Of a DNA stretch of 64,000 nucleotides, positions 35,660-47,967 are shown one piece after another. This DNA comes from Octopus vulgaris. Taxonomy: Eukaryota. Both the position numbers and the translations under genes were made by a program. The stretch is taken from positions 78,244,001-78,308,000 of the forward strand of contig OX597827.1 in NCBI GenBank assembly GCA_951406725.2, written 5' to 3'. Under the pieces are notes generated by a model that was given only the letters and a program-made list of their open reading frames with translations, was not told where the DNA came from and did no database searches. How positions within the stretch are numbered: position 1 is the stretch's first letter; every line of letters begins with the position of its first letter.

Positions 35660-36010
35660 AACAAGAACACTCAGAGAGCACAAACCTCCACCAAGGCAAC
35701 ACCAACAATTAGCTGGGAGAGGATTTTTAAAATTAGAATATCTGAAATAAACTCAATTGCTCTCACAAACGAGAATATTAAAAATGAACCCAACTTCTCT
35801 CAAAAATTAAGTTAAAAAAAAACAGGAAAAATAATCTAGAATCCTTGTCCGGTACCGGATCGATCCCAAAATCTAATCAGTTTGTGCCAGTCATGAGGCC
35901 AAACATTCCTGAAAGTTTCATCCGAATCCATCCAGTGGTTCTTGAGATATCTTGTCCACAGACAAACATGACTGAAAACAATACCTCTGCCTTCGCTAAG
36001 GCAGAGATAA
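35660..36010 (+). mobile_element. Helentron/DINE-like non-autonomous element
   Basis: Subterminal AACCTCCACCAAGG and 3' hairpin CTCTGCCTT-CGCT-AAGGCAGAG; related fragment with hairpin at 15695-15812. Confidence 0.5.
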
Positions 36011-37041
36011 TAATAGTTAAAATTTATGCAGGCAAAGTTTCCCAACCCTAGCATTGCTCCTTCATGGTCAGGCTATGAACTTTTCAGCCCACCCTTGTAC
36101 ATAATGTTTGAATAGAAGACAGGATGGTCGTAGGTGGAACATCTATTGATCACAGATCTGATGGGTCTCGGTTAACCTAGGGCTATACAGCAACATTAAC
36201 ATTAGATAATGTAGTACTAGATATACTATGTACAAATAAATGATAGGATGATCATAGCTGGAATGTCTTCTATTTTAGCTCTGTTGTATCTAGGCTAAAC
36301 AACACCCCAACACAAGCATCTGAGTAGTCACAAGATCTGCTAGAAATAGCAGTTAAATCTCTTCCTTTTATAAAGGAATGCCACATTGGATAACGTAACC
36401 CTAGACATACTTAGTCTGAAATTAGGATAGAATGGTAATGGCAGGAGTCCTTTGATTATGAAGGTGCTCGAACAGGGCTGACCTGAAGCTAAACAACAAC
36501 ACATATTGGTTTCAATATTTTGGCATAAGGCCAGTAATTTTAGAGGAGGGGCATAGTCAATTACATCAACCCCAGTGCTTAACCGGTACTTATTTTACTG
36601 ACTCTGAGATGAAAGGCAAAGTTTACCTTGGCAGAATTTGAACTCAGAGCTTAAAAACCCAAAATAAATGCTGCTAAGCATTTCATCTGGTGCGGTAACG
36701 ATTCTGCTGGATCACTGCCCCCAACACCACTAACATTACATACTATAGATCCTTGGTTCCCAAACTTTTTCCCATTTTTTTGGAGGCTTTGCAGACCCCC
36801 ACCCCACCTCCAAAATGAAAAAAAATCAGAGAAGACGAACAAAGCAAAATGACCCTGTATAAAATAATTTTTCATGAGATAAAATTTTACTGATAAAATA
36901 AAAAATTTCAGTGAGAGGGGTGAACTTGTTTGATCTGTAATATGTCCTCAATATTAGGCTGCATTTTTAATAAGGTGACCCTCATACCATGCACAACATC
37001 CAGTTGATTGTGAGCCCTTGTTTTAATTGCAGGTAAAGTTG

Positions 37042-37346
37042 TTCCTTCTTCTTTTTGTTTGTTCCTTCTCAAGCCACGCCTGGCTCATAAGGGCTGGTTT
37101 CCTTGGCGTATAGGTTCCCCACCTGGACGGGATGCCGGTCCGTTGCAGGTGAGCTGCATGATGCAGGAGGAAATAGTGGGAGAAAGTTATGGCAAAAGAG
37201 TCAGCAGAAGTTCGCCATTACTTTCTGCTGGAGCCATGTGAAGCTTAGGTGTTTCACTCATACACACACACATCGCCCAGTCTGAGATTCGAACCCACAA
37301 TCCCTTGACCACGAGTCCGCTGTTCTAACCACTAGGTCATGTGCCA
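37042..37346 (-). mobile_element. SINE family D1 with single head
   Basis: Reverse match to 24275-24587; duplication CAGGTAAAGTTG. Confidence 0.92.
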
Positions 37347-37350
37347 CAGG

Positions 37351-37785
37351 TAAAGTTGCAAAAGCTGTCTCACATTCGTACATTATTGCAAATGGAACAA
37401 TGAAATTGAGGGCCAATTTGGTGACATCTGGATAGGACTGCATCATTTCAATCCAGAATTCACTGCAACACATATTACAGAAGGCGTTTTTTTACACCTC
37501 CACCATTCAGCAAGTCGATAAACTGTTTTTTGAATGGCGTAATCTTCTGGCGGAAGGTCAACAACAGAGATTGCAAAGGGATTGGGGATGAAAAGATGAA
37601 CTTCCTTGAAGTTTTGTAGGTCGGAGAATTATCTTTGAATTTCAACATGAAGAATTAAGACATGTTGTTTCATTATGTCAGCATCAAATCGAAGGCCATC
37701 TTCATCAAGGAAAGTATTGAGGTTTGGAAATGGTGCAAATTCTCACATTCCAATTTAGAATGCCACAAATGGAGCTTGTACATAA
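37351..37785 (-). pseudogene. hAT transposase C-terminal remnant (hATC dimerisation domain)
   Basis: Translates ...NPFAISV...EFWIEMMQSYPDVTKLALNFIVPFAIMYECETAFATL, the FW..YP...AL..PF...Y.CE..F motif; contains a stop. Confidence 0.85.
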
Positions 37786-39229
37786 ATAATGTTTGAATAG
37801 AAGACAGGATGGTCATACCTGGAACATTTATTGATCACAGATCTGATGGGTCGCGGTTAACCTAGGACTAAACAATAACACTAACATTAGATAATGTAGT
37901 CCTAGATACATCATCATCATCGTTTAACGTCCGCTTTCCATGCTAGCATGGGTTGGACAAATAAATGATAGGGTGATCATAGCTGGAATGCCTTCTATTT
38001 TATAAGTGAGGTACATTTGTGTTATTTGTCTGCAAGCATGGGGTATAGTGTGGACAGGGGTACATTCTGGGCTGTCTGTCTGGAGGAGGTGTAAATTAGG
38101 GGTTCTGTGTAGTGCGTGCATGTTCAATAGTTCTAGTTTTAGCTAAAACTGGAAAACCTAGGGTTTTGAACATTATAAATCTGCAAATTGGTGACCCCTT
38201 TGCGGACCCCAGTTTGGGAATCAAGGCTATAAATATATAGACACACTGTATTTGAATATTAGATATGATGGTCACAGCAGGAACGTAAATGATTGTAGGT
38301 CTGTTGGATCAGAACTGACCCGGAGGTAAACAATATTGATATTGCAGTCCAAAGTACTGTCATTATACTAGATATGATGGCCACCGTTGGAACCCTTTGA
38401 TTGTAGACCTATGTGGAGATCTATCAATTGTACATCATTGCTTGAGTCCCAGTGAAATTATAAGGGGAGGAGGGTGAACTTTACATCAAAGCTATTTGGT
38501 AATAGAAACCAAAAAGGTCCAGTTCTCCCTTAAATCAAACCCCATTGTTTAAAAAGGAAACATTGAACGTCTTGTACGTCGCTGATCATAAATCTGCTGA
38601 ATCAAGACTGATCTGGGACGAAACAACGGTACTTATTTAGTTGTCTTGTAATAACAAGAATTGTCTAAGTCGAGCGAAGGCCTTAATTATCTTGCTGTCG
38701 CTTTCGAAAGAATAACACAAAAAATATTTGTTACCATTGTAAAATAAACACAGATCAAATAAACTATTTAATTTGGAAGGAAATGAGCCACTGAGGAATT
38801 CACTGAAATCATTTCAGATTATGGTTCCTTAAAGCTTGTCCACTTCGTGCAATTTCGTCATAAATCGGATTTTCACGAAGATCTTTCGTTCAGAAATTGC
38901 GAGAGAAAATTATTTTTTAACAATGTAAGCACATTTCAGATAATTAAACGAAAAATATTTTTGATAAACATGGAATTTCAGTTTAGTTTGAATAAAAAGG
39001 AAAAAAAAAAAAAATCGTATCAATTTCAATTGTGACTTTGTCTGCGTGTGTGACTCTCTATGACCATTAGGCAGAAACGGTGTAAGCAGAAAATGTCCTC
39101 TCAAAACATTTTGTGCTGGCATTGTTTAGTTTATTGGTTGATTAAAATCAACGTTAACCAAGAAACCAATATATTAATGTTCAAATCCTGTAATAATTAT
39201 CAAAAAATTATAAATAAGGATATTTAAAG

Positions 39230-39354
39230 GTGAACTTATAATAAAATCATAGATTTTAATAGTCGAAAGTAGTTGGTTGTTATCTCCCTTACTTGATGTA
39301 GCGAGCTGTCGTCCCTACCCCGACGAACTGTGTTGCTGGTCAGAGCAGGTAAGT
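39230..39354 (+). promoter_or_regulatory. Candidate non-coding first exon for the 45353 gene
   Basis: CpG-enriched unique region with consensus donor CAG|GTAAGT at 39348/39349; strong acceptor TTTTCTTTTGCAG ending 44878. Confidence 0.55.
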
Positions 39355-40939
39355 ACGATAACAACGACAACTCTACTGACGACACTCCTCTGTCCCGGTC
39401 ACAAACCCTGTCTACAATGCTGCCTTGTAACGGTTCGATTCTCACATGTGCTTCCCGGCCACAGCTAAGGCCGTAGTTAATTAAAGTCACATCGTTGGTT
39501 GCGTTAGTAAATCGACTGAGTACGTCAGACATGACAGTTGAAATACGAAATGTCTCCCCGAGACCTCATCTCTCTCGGGGTAAACTCTGGCTTCTGCTCT
39601 TACTGCCACTAATCGCATCCCACCTATCTTCTCATCTATCTATCTCTCTCTCTTTCTACATATATATATATCACTCTCTATCTTTCCTTTCTTTCTTTCC
39701 CTCTCAACGCAGTTTCAGCTTAAACCAACGTCACCAATCTTCCCACCGCTGAGTTCACTTTTGTGTTAAGCACAGAATAAATGTATATTTTAACAATGGG
39801 AGAAGGAAGGAACGCAAAACTTAACAAACGTTTTCAGAATATATTATTTATTGACATTGCATAATTTTATCTAATAAATGCAATGCTAAATCAGCGGGAC
39901 ATGGAATCGGAACGTATTCTAGGTGGAGGAACATAAGCAATAGCGGAAAGTAACACATATGCATTTGTGTGTTCTGTTTCCAAATGTTTTGGTATAATTC
40001 CGGCTTTATGGTGTAGGGCCCTGTCAAAAACTGATCCTTCAACTTACCAGGTAGTGACACTCCCACTCATTAATCTACCTGCCCAGCTGATAGTGACCCT
40101 GACAGAAAATTGAGCTGACCACATAACAGTTTACGAACATAGTCGTTTATCTGTAACACTTACTACCCGCCTTCGGTTTTAAGTTATCGTTATTTGCGCG
40201 AAGGACTGAACCAATGTGGTGGTTATTTACGTTAAATTAATTACAATAGTCATGTTTTAAATCAAATGTTTTCTATCTTTTTGCTTTTGTGCTGCTCTGC
40301 ATTGTGTATACAAAGTTTAAAAAAAAAAACGTTTTGGATTTCTAAAGTTTAGAAAAAATACCGGAAACTATTGTTTGCGTTTTATTATTAATCATATCTT
40401 TGTCTAACAAACTTGAAAATAACATGTTTTTCAAGACGCTCAACCATCAGTATGGATTTTCTGGAACTTTAAATGTTTTAAAATCGACGGCACGCCTCGA
40501 TCCCCTTTAAATGCTCCTTTTTACAACCACTACTTTGAAACTATTCCTTGGAACCTCATATTCCAGTCTTATATAAAAATGGGATTTGATCGAGTAACTT
40601 TTATGATTTCTTCGTGGGGATCCGCTCCTACTGCTAGGGTAACCGTATTTGTGGCAGTCGATGCCATTGGCCACAGCATCGTTTTGTTATATTTCTCTTG
40701 AGATATTCTGTTTGCTTCAATTAATTCTAAATATAATGAAAAATTCAGTAAAATAACTTTCTTGTTATTATTAAGCTAGTGTTAGGAACATGAATTAACA
40801 CTAAGTTTTAATGGAAGATTTTAATTCAGAACTTTTGAAAACCTGACTTTTGTCCTACATAGCCAGGGACGTCAGCCCTCGGCAGATTGGTATCAAAAGA
40901 AACGCATTTTGATAAAGGCCACTTGATGTGTTTATCGTC

Positions 40940-41092
40940 GGTCACTTCATGATCGACCTTCATCACTGCTTCCTATGTCTCCCTTACTCCCTTCAATAGG
41001 CCCCTTCTAGTTGGATCACCATCGTCAGCCTTCATACACAAAACATGACCATACCAGTGCAGTCTTCTCTCTTGCACACTACATCTGATTCT
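40940..41092 (-). mobile_element. RTE-clade LINE 3' coding remnant
   Basis: Translates IRCSVQERRLHWYGHVLCM (RL.WYGHV motif). Confidence 0.8.
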
Positions 41093-41099
41093 CATTTCT

Positions 41100-42330
41100 T
41101 GTAACAGTACACTTGAACTCCATCATTCATATTTTTTAAGTTTTCCTTTAGAAAAACTTCATGGAGAATTGATCTTCATCATCTTTTGGCTACGACTTAT
41201 ACTTACACTTGAGACCTAGAGCTTGTGCCAAATGTTTTGTTCCATCATTGGTGTCCTAAGCCCAGCAGTTGTAGCACCACTTGAAGGGTTTTGACCATCA
41301 TTTTAGAAAGATACCCATAGTTTCTGTTTCCATGGGTTGACACCCAAATGGTGATTTAGCTAGCAGGCTACTCTGGGTGTCTTGGACCATGACTGGTAAG
41401 GTGCAGCCATCTTCCTGCTATTTAGTTATTCAACTACTAAGGGCAGCGATCAGTGTGTTGTTCATTGGTCACTTTCTACTGGCAATTGATGCTGATGGTC
41501 ATCTAGAATATCTGAATGTAGCAGCCATCAAAAGGTCATTTCCATGGACTGACTGAGGATCCAAGATTCACATTCTTAAAGGAGAATTGTCATAGTTGCT
41601 AAAATTCTCTTCAGCTGTCTGGACAGATTAGAGGTCCAGATATTCTTCAGAGATTCAAGTGCTTTCTGTACAAAACAGCTCCACATATCAAGTCCCTCTA
41701 AGACTGCTATGATTGTTCTAAGAAACTTGCTTAAGCTAGACAACTTCAATGGTCTTTAGTAGCTTATGGCCAACTGTATTATAGACCAAGTATTCTGTTT
41801 CCTTGGCATTGAGGTATGGCTTGATTTTGTTGCACATAATTTTGATGGAAGGGCCTGAGCATCTGTGATTTCATCTAACAGTAAAATAACATTGTCAGTA
41901 AAGTGTAGAGCAGTGTCACCAAGCTTCCTTGGTGTAATGGTGAAGTCCAGCTCCTCATAGCCTCCAGATTAAACTTATGCTCTTCTTTACTTATTTATGT
42001 AGGTTGGACAGGTCAGCAAATACAGTTTCTTGTTGCATCACAAACCCATGTCATTTCATTTGTAAATCTCCATGTTCTCAACTTCAACCATTGAAGTTGT
42101 CTAGCTTAAGCAAGTTTCTTAGAACATTCATAGCAGTCTTAGAGGGACTTGATGTGTGGAACTGTTTTGTACAGAAAGCATTTGAATTTCTGAAGAATAT
42201 CTGGACCCCTAATCTGTCCAGACAGCTGAAGAGAATTTAACATTCCTGGGACTGCTTCTTTTGATAAATGGTCTTTTCAAAAGCATTTTGCTTCTTCCCT
42301 TCTACATGGCAGAGTAATTTATTCCACTTT
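41100..42330 (-). mobile_element. Degenerate LINE reverse-transcriptase region containing a 152-bp inverted duplication
   Basis: Minus-strand TALHFTDNVIL near 41915-41883 resembles the RT (Y/F)ADD box; arms at 41602-41753 and 42087-42238. Confidence 0.55.
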
Positions 42331-42354
42331 TGTAAAGTTTGTCTATTTATTAAG

Positions 42355-42815
42355 GTACCATGTAAAAAGCACTGGCACTGGTACTGGGGCCACATGAAAA
42401 AAAAAGTTCAGTACACTCTGTAAAATGGTTGGCGCTAAGAAGGGCATTCAGCTATAAAAACCAAGCCAAAACAGACAATGCAACCTATTTCTTTACTATC
42501 CACAAGGGGCTAAACAGAGAGGGGACAAACAAGGACAGACAAATGGATTAAGTCGATTATATTGACCCCAGTGCGTAACTGGCACTTATTTAATCGACCC
42601 CGAAAGGATGAAAGGCAAAGTCAACCTTGGCGGAATTTGAACTCAGAACATAAAGACAGATGAAATATCGCTAAGCATTTCGCCCGGCGTGCTAACCATT
42701 CTGCCAGCTCGCTGCTGACAATGCAACCTGGTATGGCCCCTGGCCTTACCAGCTCCTGTCAAACCGTCCAGCTCATGCCAGCATGGGAAATAGATGTGAA
42801 ATGATGATGATGATG
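42355..42815 (+). mobile_element. Family C copy split by a minus-strand family B SINE (42487-42716)
   Basis: 13-bp duplication GACAATGCAACCT at 42474-42486 and 42717-42729. Confidence 0.9.
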
Positions 42816-43519
42816 ACAATTGTTAGTGTCCTTAGATGCTACATTATAACCTATTTTCTGTTGTTGACTTCATTGTAGATGCAGAAGGGATGAATAGCAA
42901 AGAATGTCGTTTCACAAGCAGGAGTGCCCCAGTTTAATGTTTATTTGCCATAGTGCCAGGTTGACTCATACTCTGTGAGTGAAAATGGGTAGATGGAAGC
43001 TGTAGAGAAGCCTGCCAGATGGGTTGTAGTTGTAATTCAAAAGGAGACGGCCTTGTTACACCCTGTGTGTCACACTGATTCTATTTATGTTAATGTTCAG
43101 CCATTTGCACAGAAATTCAGGAGTGGGTAATTCAGTTGATCAAACAACAGAATCCTCGTGGTTGAACGACAAATCCACCATCTCCGCTATCTGATTCTTA
43201 CGTAATCAGCCATCATGAATGATACGTGTGTCAGCAGTTGAAGATGGGATAGGATCACATTTTCCTAACTTTCATATTGATTTTAATCAATTTTAGAAAC
43301 CTCCTTTAATCTTTCATTTTAATCTCCAAAATAAGATCAATTTAGTTTATCATGTTCTTTGTCTGTTTTAGTTATTTATATAATTTATCTTTATACTTCA
43401 GATTACTTATTAAATATAAAGTACCAGTCAAGTACTGGGGTCAATGTAATTGACTAACACTCTCCTTGCTGGCCTTGTGTCAAAATATGAAACCATTATT
43501 ATTATTATTATTGTTATTA

Positions 43520-44052
43520 TTGAGTGATAGAGCAGTGCATGCCATCAAAGTGACACTGGTGTAAATGAAGCCCAATATACCCATGATGACCACCCGTCTG
43601 ATAAGGGTACATCAGGCACATGCATCACAATCATGTGTGTGTAACATGGTGATCTTGTATCAAGATAAACAGCGCATGACCTTGCAGGTGGGGGCCAAGT
43701 TAGAATTTTCATCCCAAAAGGTTACTGAATAAGGGTTGTTTAAGGATGTTGAACGAAATACCCATGTGTCCAGAGGTGAATTATTCAAACCTCAATGAAT
43801 TCCTCTCAACACATGGCTATGATGCTCCCCCACTACTTCTGCTCATGATCAGAGATGCACATATCATTAGCCACTAAAGGACATGCTCAACTTGTTAAGG
43901 TCAAGCAACTGACAAGCAAATCTGTGGTATTGAGCAGAATATTTGCTGTAGCTCATCTTTTATACCAAGACAAAACAATGTACATGATAACACTTCCAAT
44001 CAGTTAAGATTAGAAGCCACGGGAGACACTGCCTGGTACTGCATCAGGGCAT
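43520..44052. mobile_element. Interspersed repeat family G inserted in (TAT)n
   Basis: Second partial copy at 1296-1456; both flanks are ATT microsatellite. Confidence 0.85.
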
Positions 44053-44055
44053 TTA

Positions 44056-44394
44056 TTATTATTATTATTATTATGCTAGTGCATGCTCATTTAGTTAGCA
44101 AGTAATTCATCTTGATTTTTGGTACAAACAAGTCTCTTCAAATCTCCAGAATCTTCCTTAGGATTCTTGCAGAATATAGAATGTTACTTTTCTGCAAGTC
44201 AACAATGCAAGTTTCAGTCTTTTATATAACATTTTAGGTTTTGTGCTAACGTGCACCAATTACCCCATAGAAATAATTGTTGTGTTGGTCTTCCACACTC
44301 TCTTCGGCTCTCTGGCTAAATCCTCGTATTTCTCAATTTTTTTCATATTGACTCGGTTGTCATAGGGAATTGCAAAGTCCATGATCTTACACTT
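44056..44394 (-). mobile_element. R4/Dong-like LINE 3' end (REL endonuclease remnant) with (TAA)n tail
   Basis: Translates KCKIMDFAIPYDNRV..KIEKYEDLARE..RVWK...VIGA...LQKSNILYSARILRKILEI* (stop at 44140-44138). Confidence 0.85.
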
Positions 44395-45352
44395 ATTCTG
44401 TGTCTATGATCTTACAATTATTATTAAGGTGGCAAGCTGGTAGAATCGTTAGCATGCTGGGTGAAATGCTTGACTTTGCCTTTCAACCTTTCAGAGTCAA
44501 TAAATTAAGAACCAGGGAAATATGGGTCAATGTAATCGATTCGTCCCCTCCCCCCAAATTTCAGGCCTTGTACCTTTAGGAAAAAGGATTATTATCATTA
44601 TTATTCTGGCAGAATTGTTAGCACACTGGACGAAATATGCTTAGTAGCATTTTGTCCGTCTTCTGTTCTGAGTTCAAATTCCACTGAGGTTGACTTTGCC
44701 TTTCATCTTTTCGAGGTCAGTAAAATAAGTACCAGTTGAACACTGGGGTCAGTGTAATCAACTCATCCCCTCCCTCAAAATTGCTGCCCTTGTGGCAAAA
44801 TTTGAAACCATTATTATCATTAATATTATTATTATTATTATTATCATTATTATTTATTTTATTATTTTTCTTTTGCAGAGATGACAAGTTTCATCCAATT
44901 TGTCCTGGATGCCATTTTGGAGTTGGAATTCCAAGACTCTCCATTTCTTCTGTCAACAAAGCAGCTTTCTCTGTGTCCTTCCCAGATTTGAAAAAAATAT
45001 CTTCATTAAGATCTTCCAGTATTTTCTATCAATTTAATTCCTGATATACACTTAAGGTTCCATCAATCTGATCAGATTATTGGATTATCAACGTGACTCC
45101 TTGTTAAAGACTTTTCTTCACAAAACAGTGAATGGAAATTCGGGCTTTCAGTCTCTTCTCATAAAATTAATATCCTAAGGTGCTGTTGGTCTTCAGAGAA
45201 TTGTCATAAGAAAAGATTTGTCTCAAGAGAAGGTGAAGGAGGAACAAGAATACAGACATTTTTGTTTGAAACAAGAATTTAAAATATTGTTTGTTGCATC
45301 CACTGGAAAAGTAATTAAAGTGAACTTGCTTTGTTGTTTTGTGTGAAGAATT

Positions 45353-46567
45353 ATGTTTTCTGTGCAGTCTGTGGGGAAACAACCACCATTGAATTATTCT
45401 GAAGAAGAAAGTGTGGACGATTCTAGTGCCATAGCATGCAATATTGTTGCCAATTTTGTTTCAAACACTAGCAAACCACCAGCCAAGAGAGATAAACCTT
45501 TCAAATGTGGTATTTGTCGAAAAGGGTTTACGTTGAAGGCTTATTTGAGTCGGCACCAACTTGCTCCGGAGGCTGGCAAACATTTCAACTGTCCATTTTG
45601 CTCAAAAGTATTTCCTCAGAGAGACCGTCTTGACAATCATCAACGAACTCACACAGGGGAGAGACCTTTCACCTGTGACGTGTGCACCAAAGCTTTCTCT
45701 CAGAAATCTCACCTGAACACACACAAGCTTATCCATACAGGTGTGAAACCCTATCACTGTAGTTTGTGTCCGCGTGCGTTCTCACAGAAGGATCATTTGA
45801 TCAAACACCATCGGACACACACTGGGGAGAAACCGTTCCACTGCCTCGTCTGCAAAAAGGCTTTCAGCCAACGCACGCACCTTAAGAAACATGAGCTGAT
45901 CCACGCCAATGGTGGCAGTGGCAAACGAGGAGGAGGAGGAGGAGGAAATGTAGCCAATCAGTTTCAGCAGCATCATCATCATCATCACCATCCACATAAC
46001 CATCAACATCATCACCATCACCATCACCAGCACACACCTGTCAATACGACAAATTCATGTCCTCACCACATGCCAGCCTCACAACAGCAGCAGCAGCAAT
46101 CACACGTGACTGGATCCTGTCCTCATCACACTCCGCAACAACAAACACAGCAACAACAACAGCAGCAGCAGCAACAACAACAACAACAACAGCAACCGCA
46201 ACAGCCACAACAACAACCACCACCACCACCACCACAGCAACAGCAGCCGCAACAACAACAACAACAACAACCACCACCACAGCAGCTACAACAACAACAG
46301 CAGCAACAACATCAAGCTAACTGTACAATTGCGATGAACAACAATAATTCTACTCCGCCACCATCATCATCACCTCCAGCCGTGACCCATCAACTTGGTC
46401 CTCGACCCGAGAGCAGTTACTCCGCTTGGAAGAGAAGTCTACAGCCTGGCACCAACTGGAATTCTTCTAACTGGTCAGCTAATACACAGTCCCCTTCGTA
46501 TGGCGTTGGTCAAAGTAAATGTGAAAACCAGGAGGCAGTTCATAGTATTCAGACATTGCTACAATAA
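45353..46567 (+). CDS. C2H2 zinc-finger protein, 404 aa: one degenerate plus four canonical fingers, then poly-G/H/Q/P tail
   Basis: TGERPF, TGVKPY and TGEKPF linkers; in-frame TGA three codons upstream of the ATG; uninterrupted ORF. Confidence 0.95.
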   Translation: MFSVQSVGKQPPLNYSEEESVDDSSAIACNIVANFVSNTSKPPAKRDKPFKCGICRKGFTLKAYLSRHQLAPEAGKHFNCPFCSKVFPQRDRLDNHQRTHTGERPFTCDVCTKAFSQKSHLNTHKLIHTGVKPYHCSLCPRAFSQKDHLIKHHRTHTGEKPFHCLVCKKAFSQRTHLKKHELIHANGGSGKRGGGGGGNVANQFQQHHHHHHHPHNHQHHHHHHHQHTPVNTTNSCPHHMPASQQQQQQSHVTGSCPHHTPQQQTQQQQQQQQQQQQQQQQPQQPQQQPPPPPPQQQQPQQQQQQQPPPQQLQQQQQQQHQANCTIAMNNNNSTPPPSSSPPAVTHQLGPRPESSYSAWKRSLQPGTNWNSSNWSANTQSPSYGVGQSKCENQEAVHSIQTLLQ

Positions 46568-46791
46568 GACTCCCACTCCCTCTCTGTCTCATCCTCTTCC
46601 TCCACCTCCTTTATGAACTCATTAAATCCCTCAGTATTACTATGTCAGCCAAGCAAACACTAATGAACTACCGATGTGACAGCAATGATGCCAGGGTCAA
46701 AGACCCCTAAATTGAACAGTTTCTCTCAGAATATTTAAACTGACAATAGAGGGGTTGCCTGTGAAATGTTTTAAAATCCTCTTTCTGCTAT

Positions 46792-46829
<38 letters not shown>

Positions 46830-47022
46830 GCAGAGACACACAAACACATTCCTACATGCATATGTTCATACATGGACACAAATATACATGTGTGTGTGTA
46901 TACATTCAAACATATATGCAGACATGCTCTAAAGTTGTAATTCTTAAAAGGTAACATACAGTTTAATCTCACAAACTAATCTCTCTCTTGTCTCCACATA
47001 CACACTATGAGTGTGTGTGTAA

Positions 47023-47059
<37 letters not shown>

Positions 47060-47967
47060 CACTCACACACAGACAAACAAGTAGAAAAAGAAGCAATTAC
47101 ATTCTGAAGTTTTAAAGTGTTTGTTAGAAGGCAATATATATATGTATGTATAATGTAACTTTATAAACTAGTCTGTCTTGTATTCACATTATTATTTACA
47201 CACACAAACACACACGCATAGAATTATGTAACCAATTATATGTATACATACACACACACATGAAGAGACAGACACAACAAAAAAACAGAGACTTGGGGAC
47301 TGAATCACTTCATCGGAACTTCTCAGTGCTTTTCAGTTTGGCTCTTTTTGCAGAAATTTGTTGAAAATCTGCCAAAGTTTAAAACCTGGAATTGAGTGAA
47401 GTCTGAGGAAATCAGGGTCCACGAAAATCTATCGGGGATGAACAAAGTGGTGGCCATGTTAGGAAGGGAAAAAAAAATGTTGAGGGATCTCTCTAGGGGA
47501 GATTTACACTGAAGGGGGTAACACTGAGAGAGGGAGAGAGAAGTAATGGACTTTTGAGGGGGTCCAATGCAAGTCACAGACAATTTTAGGAGGAGGGGGG
47601 GCTAGAGTTCAAACTGGAGCGGGGTGGGGGGAGGTTCAAATGGGTGCAAGTGTGGGGGGGATGAAGATAATAATTGCTTCAGTTGGCAAGGAATGATTTT
47701 TCTCTATATTTCTTTCTCTCTCTCTCTCTCTCTCTGTCAAAAATGGCAGGTTGCGAAGTGTGACAGGGCTTGGAACATGTTAGGCAAATGTAAAGAAGCA
47801 AAAGAGGAAAGACTTTGATCTGATCTGTTTGATACGTAAATGATTGATTGGTTTATACATGTAATAGATGATGATGATGGTGATACTCGTGTAAGAAATT
47901 GGGGGGGGGGGTTGTAAGTAATGATGTTTGAGGTAGGGCTAGAAAGACATGGAGGTAGTTAGGTCTA

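Larger units (their letters stand above)
36751..38226 (-). mobile_element. Internally deleted hAT (Buster/Charlie-like) DNA transposon
   Basis: TIRs CCTTGGTTCCCAAACT / AGTTTGGGAATCAAGG; 8-bp duplication CTATAGAT/CTATAAAT with central TA; contains transposase remnant. Confidence 0.85.

Noticed and set aside
44035-44052. Minus-strand GCCCTGATGCAG at the end of family G as a hammerhead
   Set aside because: CTGATGC lacks the conserved GA and no matching GAAA box with stem II follows.
45782-46320. Antisense and alternate-frame ORFs over the 45353 gene
   Set aside because: Shadows of CAN-rich codon repeats; likewise 61720-62293 and 31620-32188.
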